Shown piece by piece: positions 45,404 to 54,677 of a stretch of DNA of 64,000 nucleotides (its first letter is position 1; every line of letters begins with the position of its first letter). The notes beneath the pieces are model-generated. The model searched no databases. It had not been told where the DNA came from and was given only the letters and a program-made list of their open reading frames with translations. This stretch comes from a virus. Lineage: Duplodnaviria; Caudoviricetes. The stretch is from the IMG/VR virus record IMGVR_UViG_3300037189_030782; one strand, written 5' to 3'. The position numbers were made by a program, and so were the translations under genes.

Positions 45404-46393
45404 ATGATGAGCTACGATATAAACGATATTCGCAAAAAGCTGCAATCAGCTGGCGACGGAAAGAGGCAGGACCCTGATGAGTTTCGCCCAGAGAAGGTAA
45501 AGAATCCTGGCGACAATTTTAAATACAGGTTCTATATTTTGCCACCTGTAGGAGCAGGTCAGATTATCAAAGGTGGACAAGCACCTAAATCAATGGACCA
45601 GTTCTTTGTGAAGCACGGCAATCACTGGATCGAGAATCGACCTCATCCTTGCCCGCGAGTCTGGGATAATTCGCATTGCGATGTATGTGATTTCGGCTTT
45701 GCGCTATTAAAAGATTGCCATAAGGACGATAAGACTAAGAGGACTCAAATAGTTAAGGACTGGATGCCTAACCAGAACTATATGGTTAACATCTTTTTCC
45801 CTAACGTGAAGCAGAATCCTGAGGCACTACGTAATACGGTTAAGTGGTATAATGCCTCGAAAACGTGTTTCGAAATTTGGACCAAGTGCCTGATGAGTGA
45901 CAACGCAGGAGATCCAGATGAGCCATTGGCCCATGGGATTTTCTTCGATGAGTATAAATCTTGGCTATTCGAACTCGACATCACCGAGCAGGGTCGCCAG
46001 AATAGCTATAAAACCAGTAGATTTTTAGCGAGCGGAGGAGTACCAATTCCGATTGCTAAAAACGCAGACGGTTCAGCTAATGAAGCAGCCATCAAGGGCA
46101 TCTTGAAGTTACGCCACGACCTGCATTCTAAGGTAGAGACGCCTGATCCAAGCAAGATCAAGCAATTGGCAGATAAAATCATCAAAGGCGACGATAGCCT
46201 TGATGAACGTAATAACAAAGTAGGCTTCCATGATGAGGAAGAGGAGCAGCCGAAGCCCACACCGAAGTCTAAGGCTCCTGTCAATGATGACGAGGAGTTA
46301 CCACCGATTGCGGAGACAAAGAAATCAAAAGCTCCTGTCACCACAAACGATGAAGATGATTCGCTTGATTCGTTATTAGCTACGCTTGACTAG
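45404..46393 (+). CDS. T4 gp32-like single-stranded DNA-binding protein
   Basis: YRFYILPP, HPCP...CDVC Zn site, acidic tail ending DDSLDSLLATLD. Confidence 0.75.
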   Translation: MMSYDINDIRKKLQSAGDGKRQDPDEFRPEKVKNPGDNFKYRFYILPPVGAGQIIKGGQAPKSMDQFFVKHGNHWIENRPHPCPRVWDNSHCDVCDFGFALLKDCHKDDKTKRTQIVKDWMPNQNYMVNIFFPNVKQNPEALRNTVKWYNASKTCFEIWTKCLMSDNAGDPDEPLAHGIFFDEYKSWLFELDITEQGRQNSYKTSRFLASGGVPIPIAKNADGSANEAAIKGILKLRHDLHSKVETPDPSKIKQLADKIIKGDDSLDERNNKVGFHDEEEEQPKPTPKSKAPVNDDEELPPIAETKKSKAPVTTNDEDDSLDSLLATLD

Positions 46394-46448
46394 TAAGATT
46401 GTGCAATGGCCCTGGTATCCCGGGGCCATTGTCGTATTTAGAGTAACC

Positions 46449-47288
46449 ATGTACAAACACGCTCTTATCGATGGCAAAAACCTGCTATACCGCTGCTTAT
46501 ATGCTAACGCAGATAACGAAATAGGCATGATCGATAAAGCAGTACACATGTTCGTGACACATCTCATAGAATATAAGAAGACTGCAGAATCCAATCATGT
46601 CCACGTGTTCTGGGATGAAGACCGCAATAAGGTATGGAGGCGTTATCTGTACCCTGGATATAAAGACCGTGATGATTCAGATTATGTAAATGGTTTTCGC
46701 AGTAGTCTGCAACGATGCATCGACATTCTTAGAAAAGTACTTACGAAATTGCCAGTTAGACAATATTGGGCAGAGAGGCAGGAAGCTGATGATTTGATTT
46801 TTGCTGCATCAATTATCCTAGAGCCGGATCCTGTTGTTATATTTAGCACAGATGGAGATATGACGCAGATTTCATTTAAGTACAAGCATGTTAAGATTTA
46901 TCATCACAAGAAAGGTATGCTTGCCACTCCAAAAGCCAGCCCCATATTGGTCAAGTGTTTAATGGGAGATAGTAGTGACAGCATCAATGGATATAAAGGC
47001 ATTGGTCCTGTGAAAGCCGAGAAGCTTGTGTTAGAGGATGCAATTGGTGGTTTCCTAGCTAAAGCGGGCAATGAGCAATTCGAATTTAATAGAAAACTAA
47101 TCGATTTAAGCCTGAATCCTGAAATTGTAAAAAATAAAATCTACGTGGCCAATGTACTACTTGAGCCAGCGGCCACGAACATTTCTGAATTTAATGCTGA
47201 GCTCATCAAGTATAAACTCAGCACCATGTATCAAAATTCAGCATTAATAAAGCGAGAATTCATTAACCTTCCGACGCAATTGTCTTAG
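46449..47288 (+). CDS. 5'-3' exonuclease / T4 RNase H-like flap endonuclease
   Basis: LIDGKNLLYR, WRRYLYPGYK, EADDLI, STDGDMTQ, LMGDSSDSINGYKGIGPVKA. Confidence 0.9.
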   Translation: MYKHALIDGKNLLYRCLYANADNEIGMIDKAVHMFVTHLIEYKKTAESNHVHVFWDEDRNKVWRRYLYPGYKDRDDSDYVNGFRSSLQRCIDILRKVLTKLPVRQYWAERQEADDLIFAASIILEPDPVVIFSTDGDMTQISFKYKHVKIYHHKKGMLATPKASPILVKCLMGDSSDSINGYKGIGPVKAEKLVLEDAIGGFLAKAGNEQFEFNRKLIDLSLNPEIVKNKIYVANVLLEPAATNISEFNAELIKYKLSTMYQNSALIKREFINLPTQLS

Positions 47289-47781
47289 TATGTGGCGTTG
47301 ATTTGATGTCGGTAAACGTGTGTATTGCGGAGCGTGGTACGATTTTGTCAGTATGTCCGGTTCTTGTGTCTTTGAACATTAGAGCGCAGATGTTTGCGTC
47401 ATGGCTTAGCATCAAGCCATCTGATGACGTCCATACGAACTGACTTAACTCTGGACCGATTAGGTTCTTTATACCTAGCTCTTCCCAGTATTCTTTGTAT
47501 ATGATACGGCCATGTTGGTAGATGATATCTTTTTCGAGTACTAGTCGTTCAAATTTCGCATATTTTTCGTTCTTTAATTCTTTCTTTTCGAGAGTTACCA
47601 CTCGCAGATTCCATTGATTAAGTACAATCACTTGGCCGTCGGCCATGAATGCAAAGGTCATCTCTTTGGCAATCATTGGTATGTTGTAGATGTCGTAGTC
47701 TTGTCGTTCTAGGATTTCTATGTTGCGAAACGACTGCCCAGATGATAAGCTAACGTGATCTGCGATGATCATTTGGATCAA
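47263..47781 (-). CDS. Hypothetical protein
   Basis: 172-aa ORF, convergent with the exonuclease gene. Confidence 0.55.
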   Translation of the reverse strand: MIQMIIADHVSLSSGQSFRNIEILERQDYDIYNIPMIAKEMTFAFMADGQVIVLNQWNLRVVTLEKKELKNEKYAKFERLVLEKDIIYQHGRIIYKEYWEELGIKNLIGPELSQFVWTSSDGLMLSHDANICALMFKDTRTGHTDKIVPRSAIHTFTDIKSTPHTKTIASEG

Positions 47782-47974
47782 CCCTCGTGTCTTTAATATC
47801 TTTGTAGGGGCAATGGCGGCAGTGTCGGTATAATAGGTTCAGGTGCGATCGATGCCTTCTTCGAATGATCGGGTCATGGGATGCACTTTTAACAAAGAGA
47901 TTTAGCAAGGAATTATATTAAACGAATATTCTAATTTCCAGATAACTTATAATAACTGTTCTAGGGGATCTGAA

Positions 47975-48739
47975 ATGGGTAGAAAGAAATCGTGGAAAGA
48001 CCAGTTAAAGGTCGAAGATGACTCTAAACCCGATTGGAAAGCCGTTAGAGACGCAATTGAACCTGTAAAACATCGGAGTTCGGCTTCACATGAGGAACCC
48101 AAGAAGGAATTAAAGACCAAAACGTTAGAGGCTAAGACTGAAAATCAAAAGCATTATATGAAAATTGTGCGCGAGTGCACTGTGACATTTTGCTCTGGTG
48201 TAGCTGGCACTGGCAAAACGTATATTGCATGTGGAATTGGCGCTCAGATGTTAATGGACAATAAGATCAATCGTATTATCATAAGCAGGCCAATCGTTGA
48301 ATGTGGACATCGCCTAGGTTTCTTACCTGGCGATTTGCATGAAAAAACTGATCCTTATATGAACCCGATGTTTGAGTCGTTGGGTGACTTTATAGACCCT
48401 GTAAGTTTAAAGAAGCTATTAACAGATAAAGTGATAGAGAGCGTTCCACTTGAGACCATGCGTGGTCGCACGTTCCATAACTCTTTAATGATTTTAGATG
48501 AGGCGCAGAACGTCACCAAGACGCAAATGAAAATGTTCCTGACTCGCATGGGCAAGGATAGTAAAGTGGTGATTTGTGGAGACACTAATCAAAGCGACTT
48601 AACTCATCAGGACATAAACCCGTTACGATGGGCGATGGCTTTACTAGATCATGATCAAATTGGTAAGGTAGTATTGACAGAGGCAGATATACAAAGGCAT
48701 GGTCTGATCAGTTACATTTTAACTGCATTGGGGAATTAA
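47975..48739 (+). CDS. phoH: PhoH-family ATPase
   Basis: GVAGTGKT, ISRPIVE...LGFLPGDL.EK, MRGRTF, ILDEAQN, TRMG..SK. Confidence 0.93.
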   Translation: MGRKKSWKDQLKVEDDSKPDWKAVRDAIEPVKHRSSASHEEPKKELKTKTLEAKTENQKHYMKIVRECTVTFCSGVAGTGKTYIACGIGAQMLMDNKINRIIISRPIVECGHRLGFLPGDLHEKTDPYMNPMFESLGDFIDPVSLKKLLTDKVIESVPLETMRGRTFHNSLMILDEAQNVTKTQMKMFLTRMGKDSKVVICGDTNQSDLTHQDINPLRWAMALLDHDQIGKVVLTEADIQRHGLISYILTALGN

Positions 48740-49287
48740 TGGTAGAACTTGTGCTGGAGCGTTTGGAGAACAATTTTTATGACTTGCCAGTCAAGCAGAC
48801 AGTCGGCGCTGCATCCTTAGACTTTCATGCATGTTTAGACAGGGACTTATTTGCTATTGATGAAAATGGCAAACGCCACTGGTTTAAATGCGTAGGAGAA
48901 TTTCGTAATTACGATAAGCTTAGCGTAGCTAGGCTATCGGCGCTTCGCTGCGGGCCGACCAAAATCGGCGTAAAGCCTGGCGAAACTATCATGATTCCTC
49001 TCGGCTTTAAGACTAAATTCTCGTCAGACTACGTTCTTTTGCTTGCTATTCGCAGTGGCGCAAGTTTGCGAGGGTTAAGATTATCGAATAGTGTGGGTAT
49101 AATCGACAGTGATTATCGCGGAGAATTGATGGCAGTTATCACTAACCACAATGAAAATATTCAATATATTGAAAACGGCGAAAGAATAGTGCAGGGGCTA
49201 TTGACTCATGCGCTAAAAATCAACGTGCTTGAGGGAAAAGTTGATGAAACCGCCAGGGGAGTTGGCGGTTTCGGCAGCACGAATTAA
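48739..49287 (+). CDS. dut: Trimeric dUTPase with an internal insertion
   Basis: GAASLD, RSG, GIIDSDYRGE, GERIVQ, RGVGGFGST. Confidence 0.9.
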   Translation: MVELVLERLENNFYDLPVKQTVGAASLDFHACLDRDLFAIDENGKRHWFKCVGEFRNYDKLSVARLSALRCGPTKIGVKPGETIMIPLGFKTKFSSDYVLLLAIRSGASLRGLRLSNSVGIIDSDYRGELMAVITNHNENIQYIENGERIVQGLLTHALKINVLEGKVDETARGVGGFGSTN

Positions 49288-50129
49288 GTGGGTAATGCTG
49301 CTACTTGAGCACTAAACACTCCGTCATCGCTGCGTGACATGGAAAATTCTAGCCACCATCCGCCAATGGGCCGCGCTGCGCGGCCCTTCTCGATGTGATA
49401 ACCGCTATCTTCGTGCTTGTAGCTGCTGCAGCGCAGAAACATCTGGTTTATGCTTCGAATTTTGCCTTTGCTACTGCAGCGTAGCAATATGTTTTCGTCC
49501 ATGTTCCTTCTGTGGATATGGCCGGAAACATATATGTCAGCTTGGTATTGGCCTCTGGTTCGGCTGTGATCAATAAGACCTCTGGTTACTTCACCACCAC
49601 CGCCGTAGCCATGATGGTAATGCAGAATCTTGCTGTCTCTATGTGTTGAATACTGGATGATGAATTGGACGAAACCCCAATATTGGCCTGTTGCTACTTT
49701 GCTACCATCCTTACGTAAGATACCTACGAGTCGTTGGATAAGATCGACTTCGTGGCGTTTGATGATAGCTGTTTCGTGGTTGCCGTAGCCGATTAGAGCT
49801 AACTGGTCTTTGTAAGGTAGCAAATAGTCGCTTGCAGTGTTGACTAACAGGTCTAAGTAATTTGGGCCGTGGTGTTCTGGCCTAAGTTGCTCGGATGATT
49901 TTCTTGGGTCCCACTTACCTTGCATTACGTCAAAGAAATCACCGAAAATGAAGATAGGACTATCGGCAGCTTTTGCCTCATCAAGGTGTTTAGTGAGTAT
50001 CTTGCGGTCACACCAGGCGCTATCCCAGTGAACGTCACTAAGGATTAAGCATTTGTGTTTAGACGACGCAGTTAGTAAATTCAGAGTGGCTTTGTGGACG
50101 TTATTGTCCGTTCGCAGTAGCGAGAACAT
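49284..50129 (-). CDS. Calcineurin-like metallophosphoesterase
   Basis: SDVHWD, FGDFFD, GNHE, HHG, GHIH; AGGAGG SD before ATG 50129. Confidence 0.85.
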   Translation of the reverse strand: MFSLLRTDNNVHKATLNLLTASSKHKCLILSDVHWDSAWCDRKILTKHLDEAKAADSPIFIFGDFFDVMQGKWDPRKSSEQLRPEHHGPNYLDLLVNTASDYLLPYKDQLALIGYGNHETAIIKRHEVDLIQRLVGILRKDGSKVATGQYWGFVQFIIQYSTHRDSKILHYHHGYGGGGEVTRGLIDHSRTRGQYQADIYVSGHIHRRNMDENILLRCSSKGKIRSINQMFLRCSSYKHEDSGYHIEKGRAARPIGGWWLEFSMSRSDDGVFSAQVAALPT

Positions 50130-50202
50130 TATCAACCTCCTTGAGTTCACCTTATGTTTTCCAAGGAGGTGTTAAGTTACGTAAATTAACGGTTCGTATA
50201 TA

Positions 50203-51210
50203 TTAATCCCACTTAGCACTTGAACATTTCGTGCAGATGTCGTTGAAGGCTTGGTCGATCATGCTAGCGTGTTGATCTGAGCCCCAGAAATCACGAAGGG
50301 AATGTGTTGACAAATCGCCGATCTCATGCGACATTGAATAATCATTGCAGCATAGGAATACTTTCCCTACAGCATTGACATGTATCCAGCTGAAAGGTCT
50401 GCCTTTGTCACCCATGCCGTTTGTACATCCCGTGACTCTGGTTTTGCCTTGTCGTGCTTTGTCGATTAATTTGGTGTTAGTTAACACGTTCAATGGCATC
50501 AGGCCAGCTCGATCACTCAAAGATGGTTGCATATATATTGGTATCCATGGAAAGTATTTTTCTCCTAGCTGTTTGTTCTGTTGCAGTGTGCCTGTATCTG
50601 ACAGATCGAATGGAGGCGCTGCTGGCCCCAGTGTGCCGACATGGTTTGCGAAATCAGTGTTCACACCATTTACTTGTATTGTGATCCTTTGTGTTTCCAT
50701 CAATGGTTTTAATGTTCGCACCGCATAATTGATGTTTTCTAACAGTAAGTCGAATTTATCTTCGTGAAACCCTGTAAATGCTGACCATTCAGATCTCTTG
50801 AAGGAAGGAATGTTTAGGCAGATGCCAGCGACATGTGTCGAGTATTGCAGAATAGTGTCAACGCGATCTTTGGTTAGAGTCGTGCCGTTGCTTAGGATCA
50901 TATGATGTAGATCGTACTTCACTGCCAGCTGGCATAATTCTTCGAAATGCTTGTATAATAGCACTTCATTGTAGTGCGCTGTGTAAAAATATCGAAATGC
51001 TGGGCTAACCAGTCCAGATCTCTCAGACACTAAATTCTGCAGGATCTTCTCTAGCAACTCCGGCGACATCTGTTTTTTGCCGGATTCTGGATTGCCTTCG
51101 TATCTGACTGGGCAAAACCAGCATTTGGCATTGCAATAGCCAAATGGGTCTATTTGCGCTGCCGATATTTTTGTTTCTCTGAGTGTTGATTTTATGTCGT
51201 CTAGCGTCAT
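50203..51210 (-). CDS. Radical SAM enzyme with a C-terminal SPASM/twitch domain
   Basis: CNAKCWFC; C-terminal GC...PF..I.V...G.VFLCC.D...ICTKC. Confidence 0.88.
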   Translation of the reverse strand: MTLDDIKSTLRETKISAAQIDPFGYCNAKCWFCPVRYEGNPESGKKQMSPELLEKILQNLVSERSGLVSPAFRYFYTAHYNEVLLYKHFEELCQLAVKYDLHHMILSNGTTLTKDRVDTILQYSTHVAGICLNIPSFKRSEWSAFTGFHEDKFDLLLENINYAVRTLKPLMETQRITIQVNGVNTDFANHVGTLGPAAPPFDLSDTGTLQQNKQLGEKYFPWIPIYMQPSLSDRAGLMPLNVLTNTKLIDKARQGKTRVTGCTNGMGDKGRPFSWIHVNAVGKVFLCCNDYSMSHEIGDLSTHSLRDFWGSDQHASMIDQAFNDICTKCSSAKWD

Positions 51211-51812
51211 TACAGTCCCCAAGTTGGTGTTTTGCGCCCTTGCCAATTTACGAACGGTGGACCTAAATGTTCTACAGATGAGTTCTGCAGCAGCACATAG
51301 TTTCCTTTCCACAAAGATCTGAAGCCTATGTCGCAATATCCGCAGTCCATAGACCAATGATCATATATATAGTGTTTTTGGTAGTAGAGCTGGAAATAGC
51401 CGTGGCCATGGTGATAATATTTATATGAGCGATCGGATGTATAGTCTCTATATGTAGGATAGTTCAATCTAGTCACGCCGTACAATTTAGTGTTATCATT
51501 TACTTCCTCTGCATCTAGATAGATGATGCAGTCACTGTCATGGATGAGCATCCAATTGTCACTGTGGTTGGTATGTGCCATGATCTGCATTTGATGTATG
51601 ATGCCTGACTTATTAAATGTAGCACCGTCAGCCTTTACTGCATTATCGAAAAAGATCACTGTTGCGTCGTGTTGATTAGCGAGTTCTATCGTAGCTGTGT
51701 CTTTTGAGGTCGTGCCAATATAATATCTGTCAAATAGACTTCTGTTGTGTTTTATAGTGCAAGCTAGATAATCGCTGTAGTCTATTGATATAGTTAAGCC
51801 AATTGTTTTCAT
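51210..51812 (-). CDS. Putative GT-A glycosyltransferase
   Basis: FNKSG, WMLIHDSDCI, GYFQLY; TAATG-coupled to the radical SAM gene. Confidence 0.65.
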   Translation of the reverse strand: MKTIGLTISIDYSDYLACTIKHNRSLFDRYYIGTTSKDTATIELANQHDATVIFFDNAVKADGATFNKSGIIHQMQIMAHTNHSDNWMLIHDSDCIIYLDAEEVNDNTKLYGVTRLNYPTYRDYTSDRSYKYYHHGHGYFQLYYQKHYIYDHWSMDCGYCDIGFRSLWKGNYVLLQNSSVEHLGPPFVNWQGRKTPTWGL

Positions 51813-51887
51813 GCATCATCCAAGCAAATATAATTTGTATATGATAGCGTGTGACTATCTAAAATTACTTACTTGGAGGAATAGTCT

Positions 51888-52292
51888 ATGAGCGGTCAAC
51901 CAGCTCAGACTGACATCTCGGTTTACCGGGCTTTGCGTTCTCAGCGTAATCCCCGCCGTAATGCGAGCGTTGCGGCCCTCACCAAGGACTTGACCTCCTT
52001 GGTGATGGTAATCCCAGGAAAAGAAACAGGCGTTGTCTACGGTCATCGTAACTCGTCCGTTTCTGACCTTAGTTCTTACATGGGTCCCCCGACCAATTCT
52101 GGCCGTGGTTTCCCTGTTACCATCGATCTCCGTCCTTGCGTGAGCTACGCATATGCTCAAACGCATCTTTCGGACGTGGACTTTGGATTTACCATCGGAC
52201 GCGATCGGTTCATCACCAACACAGCAGCTGGTCTCGATGGCGACCTTTTTGGCGCCGCCGGTGCTCTTTCTGATGCTTCCTGCTGCGAATAA
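51888..52292 (+). CDS. Probable abundant virion protein
   Basis: GGAGG SD, codon bias typical of high expression (CGT, GGT, ACC), own strong terminator. Confidence 0.5.
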   Translation: MSGQPAQTDISVYRALRSQRNPRRNASVAALTKDLTSLVMVIPGKETGVVYGHRNSSVSDLSSYMGPPTNSGRGFPVTIDLRPCVSYAYAQTHLSDVDFGFTIGRDRFITNTAAGLDGDLFGAAGALSDASCCE

Positions 52293-52312
52293 TTAGTTAG
52301 CACAACTAAACA

Positions 52313-52348
52313 AAAGAGCAGGTCAGTTTTCTGACCTGCTCTTTCTGT
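52313..52348 (+). terminator. Rho-independent terminator (possibly bidirectional)
   Basis: Perfect 14-bp stem AAAGAGCAGGTCAG-TTTT-CTGACCTGCTCTTT. Confidence 0.85.
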
Positions 52349-52372
52349 ATATATGTATAAAGGAGTACTCAG

Positions 52373-53122
52373 ATGAATATCTCGTTGATAGTATTAGCCG
52401 CTCTGGTGTGTGGTCAATCCTTGCAGCCTGGGCCAAAGGTCGGCATCGCTAATAATAATGCACCGATACAGGCTCCACCACAAGCACAGATGTCGGTTGA
52501 GCAAGGCCGAATTCTGCAGATCGCAGTGCAAGATAAGGCATACGACTCGGTGAACTGGATCAGGACCTCTACCGATTACGACCTTATTCCGTCAGAATCA
52601 AGCAAATCAGCTTATTTCTCAGCACCGAAGACAGGCAGTTACGTAGTTCTTTGCTTCTCTGCATTGACTAAGGATGGCAAGGCGCTTCCGACAGAACCAA
52701 CCAGAGTGGTCATCGTCGTTACTGAAGGCGGCAAATTGCCGGAAAAGCCAGATGATGTGCTGCCTGGGCCTGATGATAAGCCAGCAGTAGATGCTTTCGC
52801 AAATGAGCTTGCAGCTGCATTCAATACCATTGAAGAGATCAATAAGACAGAAAATAGAGTTAAATTGGCTAAAGCTTATAATGAGTGTGCTATTGCAGCA
52901 GAAAAATTCACTGGCACAGCCGATGCGCTTTACAGTGAATTGGGCAAATTGATGGATGGTAATCTGCAACGTATTGCGTTGAAGCCTTTGCGTGAAAAGG
53001 TAGGTGAAGAATTAAATAAAATCTTACCAAGGGACGGGTCTCAGGAAGTTACTGCTGATACCGCCAAAAAGGCCTCTTCTCTTTTTAAGCGTGCGTCGAA
53101 GGCTCTTTCTTCCACAAAGTGA
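52373..53122 (+). CDS. Exported protein (signal peptide, beta domain, Pro/Asp linker, helical C-domain)
   Basis: MNISLIVLAALVCGQ leader; KPDDVLPGPDDKP linker. Confidence 0.7.
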   Translation: MNISLIVLAALVCGQSLQPGPKVGIANNNAPIQAPPQAQMSVEQGRILQIAVQDKAYDSVNWIRTSTDYDLIPSESSKSAYFSAPKTGSYVVLCFSALTKDGKALPTEPTRVVIVVTEGGKLPEKPDDVLPGPDDKPAVDAFANELAAAFNTIEEINKTENRVKLAKAYNECAIAAEKFTGTADALYSELGKLMDGNLQRIALKPLREKVGEELNKILPRDGSQEVTADTAKKASSLFKRASKALSSTK

Positions 53123-53130
53123 GGTGTATC

Positions 53131-54045
53131 ATGGCAGACGAATTAGATTTTGTGGGTTACACAGGCTGGGTTGATGACAAGGAAGCGGTTGATAATGTGG
53201 TAGCTCAGCTACCATTTAAGTCATTTGCGGAAACGCCAGCTGCAACTGTTAGTCTAGACGCCATTCCACAGAGAGTGGCTCTGTGGGAAATAGCTGCCAA
53301 AGTCTTAGGTCAGCCGTTACCTGCGCGTAGCCAAGGAGATGTTGGCTCATGTGTTTCGTTCGGGACTGCCTCTGCGGTAGAAGCAACTATGCTTGCCGAA
53401 ATCTATCTGGGGCAACTCGAAGAATATAAGGATATCGTGCAGGAAGCGATTTACGGCGGCTCTCGTGTAGAGGTCGGTAAGGGGAAGCTAGGCCGTCAGG
53501 ACGGATCAGTGGGCGCTTGGGCAGCGAAGTGGGTCAGAGAATGGGGCATTTTGCCGCGTGGTATTGTGGCTGGATTCGATTTAACCAATTACAGCATTCC
53601 TCTTTGTCGCACATGGGGTGCTAAAGGTGTGCCTCTTGACTTGGAAACTGAGAGTAAAAAACACCCAGTAATGGAGACTACTCCAGTCACGTCGTGGGTG
53701 CAAGCTAAGAAATGCTTGGCTCAAGGTTACGGGATTTCGATTTGCAGTAGTCGTGGTTTTTCTACTAAGCGCGATTCCGAAGGCGTTTGTGCTCCACGAG
53801 GCGTGTGGGAGCATTGTATGTGCCTTCTCGGTTACAAAACAGTAGGCAAGAAAGAATACGGTTGGATTAAAAACAGTTGGGGTAAGTATCTGACCGGTCC
53901 TATTGCCGATGGTGACCCATCTGATGATGGATTTTGGGCTGCAGCCGATGTCATTGACGAAGATATCTTACGTTTGGGCGACAGTTTTGCTTTTAGCGGT
54001 GTGAAGGGATTCGTTGCTCGACAAATTGATTGGCGTACTCTTTAA
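53131..54045 (+). CDS. Papain-like (C1) cysteine peptidase
   Basis: QGDVGSCVSF (Gln/Cys), EHCM (His), KNSWG (Asn). Confidence 0.88.
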   Translation: MADELDFVGYTGWVDDKEAVDNVVAQLPFKSFAETPAATVSLDAIPQRVALWEIAAKVLGQPLPARSQGDVGSCVSFGTASAVEATMLAEIYLGQLEEYKDIVQEAIYGGSRVEVGKGKLGRQDGSVGAWAAKWVREWGILPRGIVAGFDLTNYSIPLCRTWGAKGVPLDLETESKKHPVMETTPVTSWVQAKKCLAQGYGISICSSRGFSTKRDSEGVCAPRGVWEHCMCLLGYKTVGKKEYGWIKNSWGKYLTGPIADGDPSDDGFWAAADVIDEDILRLGDSFAFSGVKGFVARQIDWRTL

Positions 54046-54051
54046 TAACTG

Positions 54052-54111
54052 CGATGGCCACGCTTTGATTAGTGTGGCCATCGGTGTATTTGTAGGGAAT
54101 TTCCCTACAAA
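54052..54111. promoter_or_regulatory. Two tandem intergenic hairpins
   Basis: 10-bp stems at 54052-54061/54074-54083 and 54089-54098/54102-54111. Confidence 0.6.
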
Positions 54112-54134
54112 AGTAAAATAAGGAGTACTATGCC

Positions 54135-54668
54135 ATGTTAAAAGTTCCATTTCAGGCTTATATAAGCTTACTGGCACCTCGTCCAGGCACAAGGTGGGAA
54201 TATTTACGGGATTTTCAAAAGATAGCAGTGTACATCTACGATGCTTTAAGCGCTGAAGCTACTATACAGATGCCCGCACCGGAAGGTAGCCAATTCTTAA
54301 ACGGCTCTGGCGATAACAATGGCTCGTTTAGCACATCATATGGTGGCCTCGGGATAAAGCCAAGATTCGGAGATTTTCCAGATACGTTGTCAGTTAGTGG
54401 TTGGTACTTGGTAGATCGTCCAAATACACCCGTTGCTACATTGGACAACACGATTTTTGCGCAAAATCAGGTATGGAATCTGCAATATCCGAATGTCTTT
54501 AGAACTAACATAGAATCTTTCGTTTACACTGAAGTATCCGCTTTAAAAACGCTACTGCTTAATAGTTGCCAGACAGCTTATCCAGTTGCAAATTCGACTT
54601 ACAAGATGTTTCAGATGGATTATTCAGGGTTAGTGTTCGGTTATAAAGGCCAAGGTTTTCCATCTTAA
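54135..54668 (+). CDS. Hypothetical structural protein
   Basis: AAGGAG SD; first gene of the neck/tail operon. Confidence 0.55.
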   Translation: MLKVPFQAYISLLAPRPGTRWEYLRDFQKIAVYIYDALSAEATIQMPAPEGSQFLNGSGDNNGSFSTSYGGLGIKPRFGDFPDTLSVSGWYLVDRPNTPVATLDNTIFAQNQVWNLQYPNVFRTNIESFVYTEVSALKTLLLNSCQTAYPVANSTYKMFQMDYSGLVFGYKGQGFPS

Positions 54669-54677
54669 GGAGGCGCA

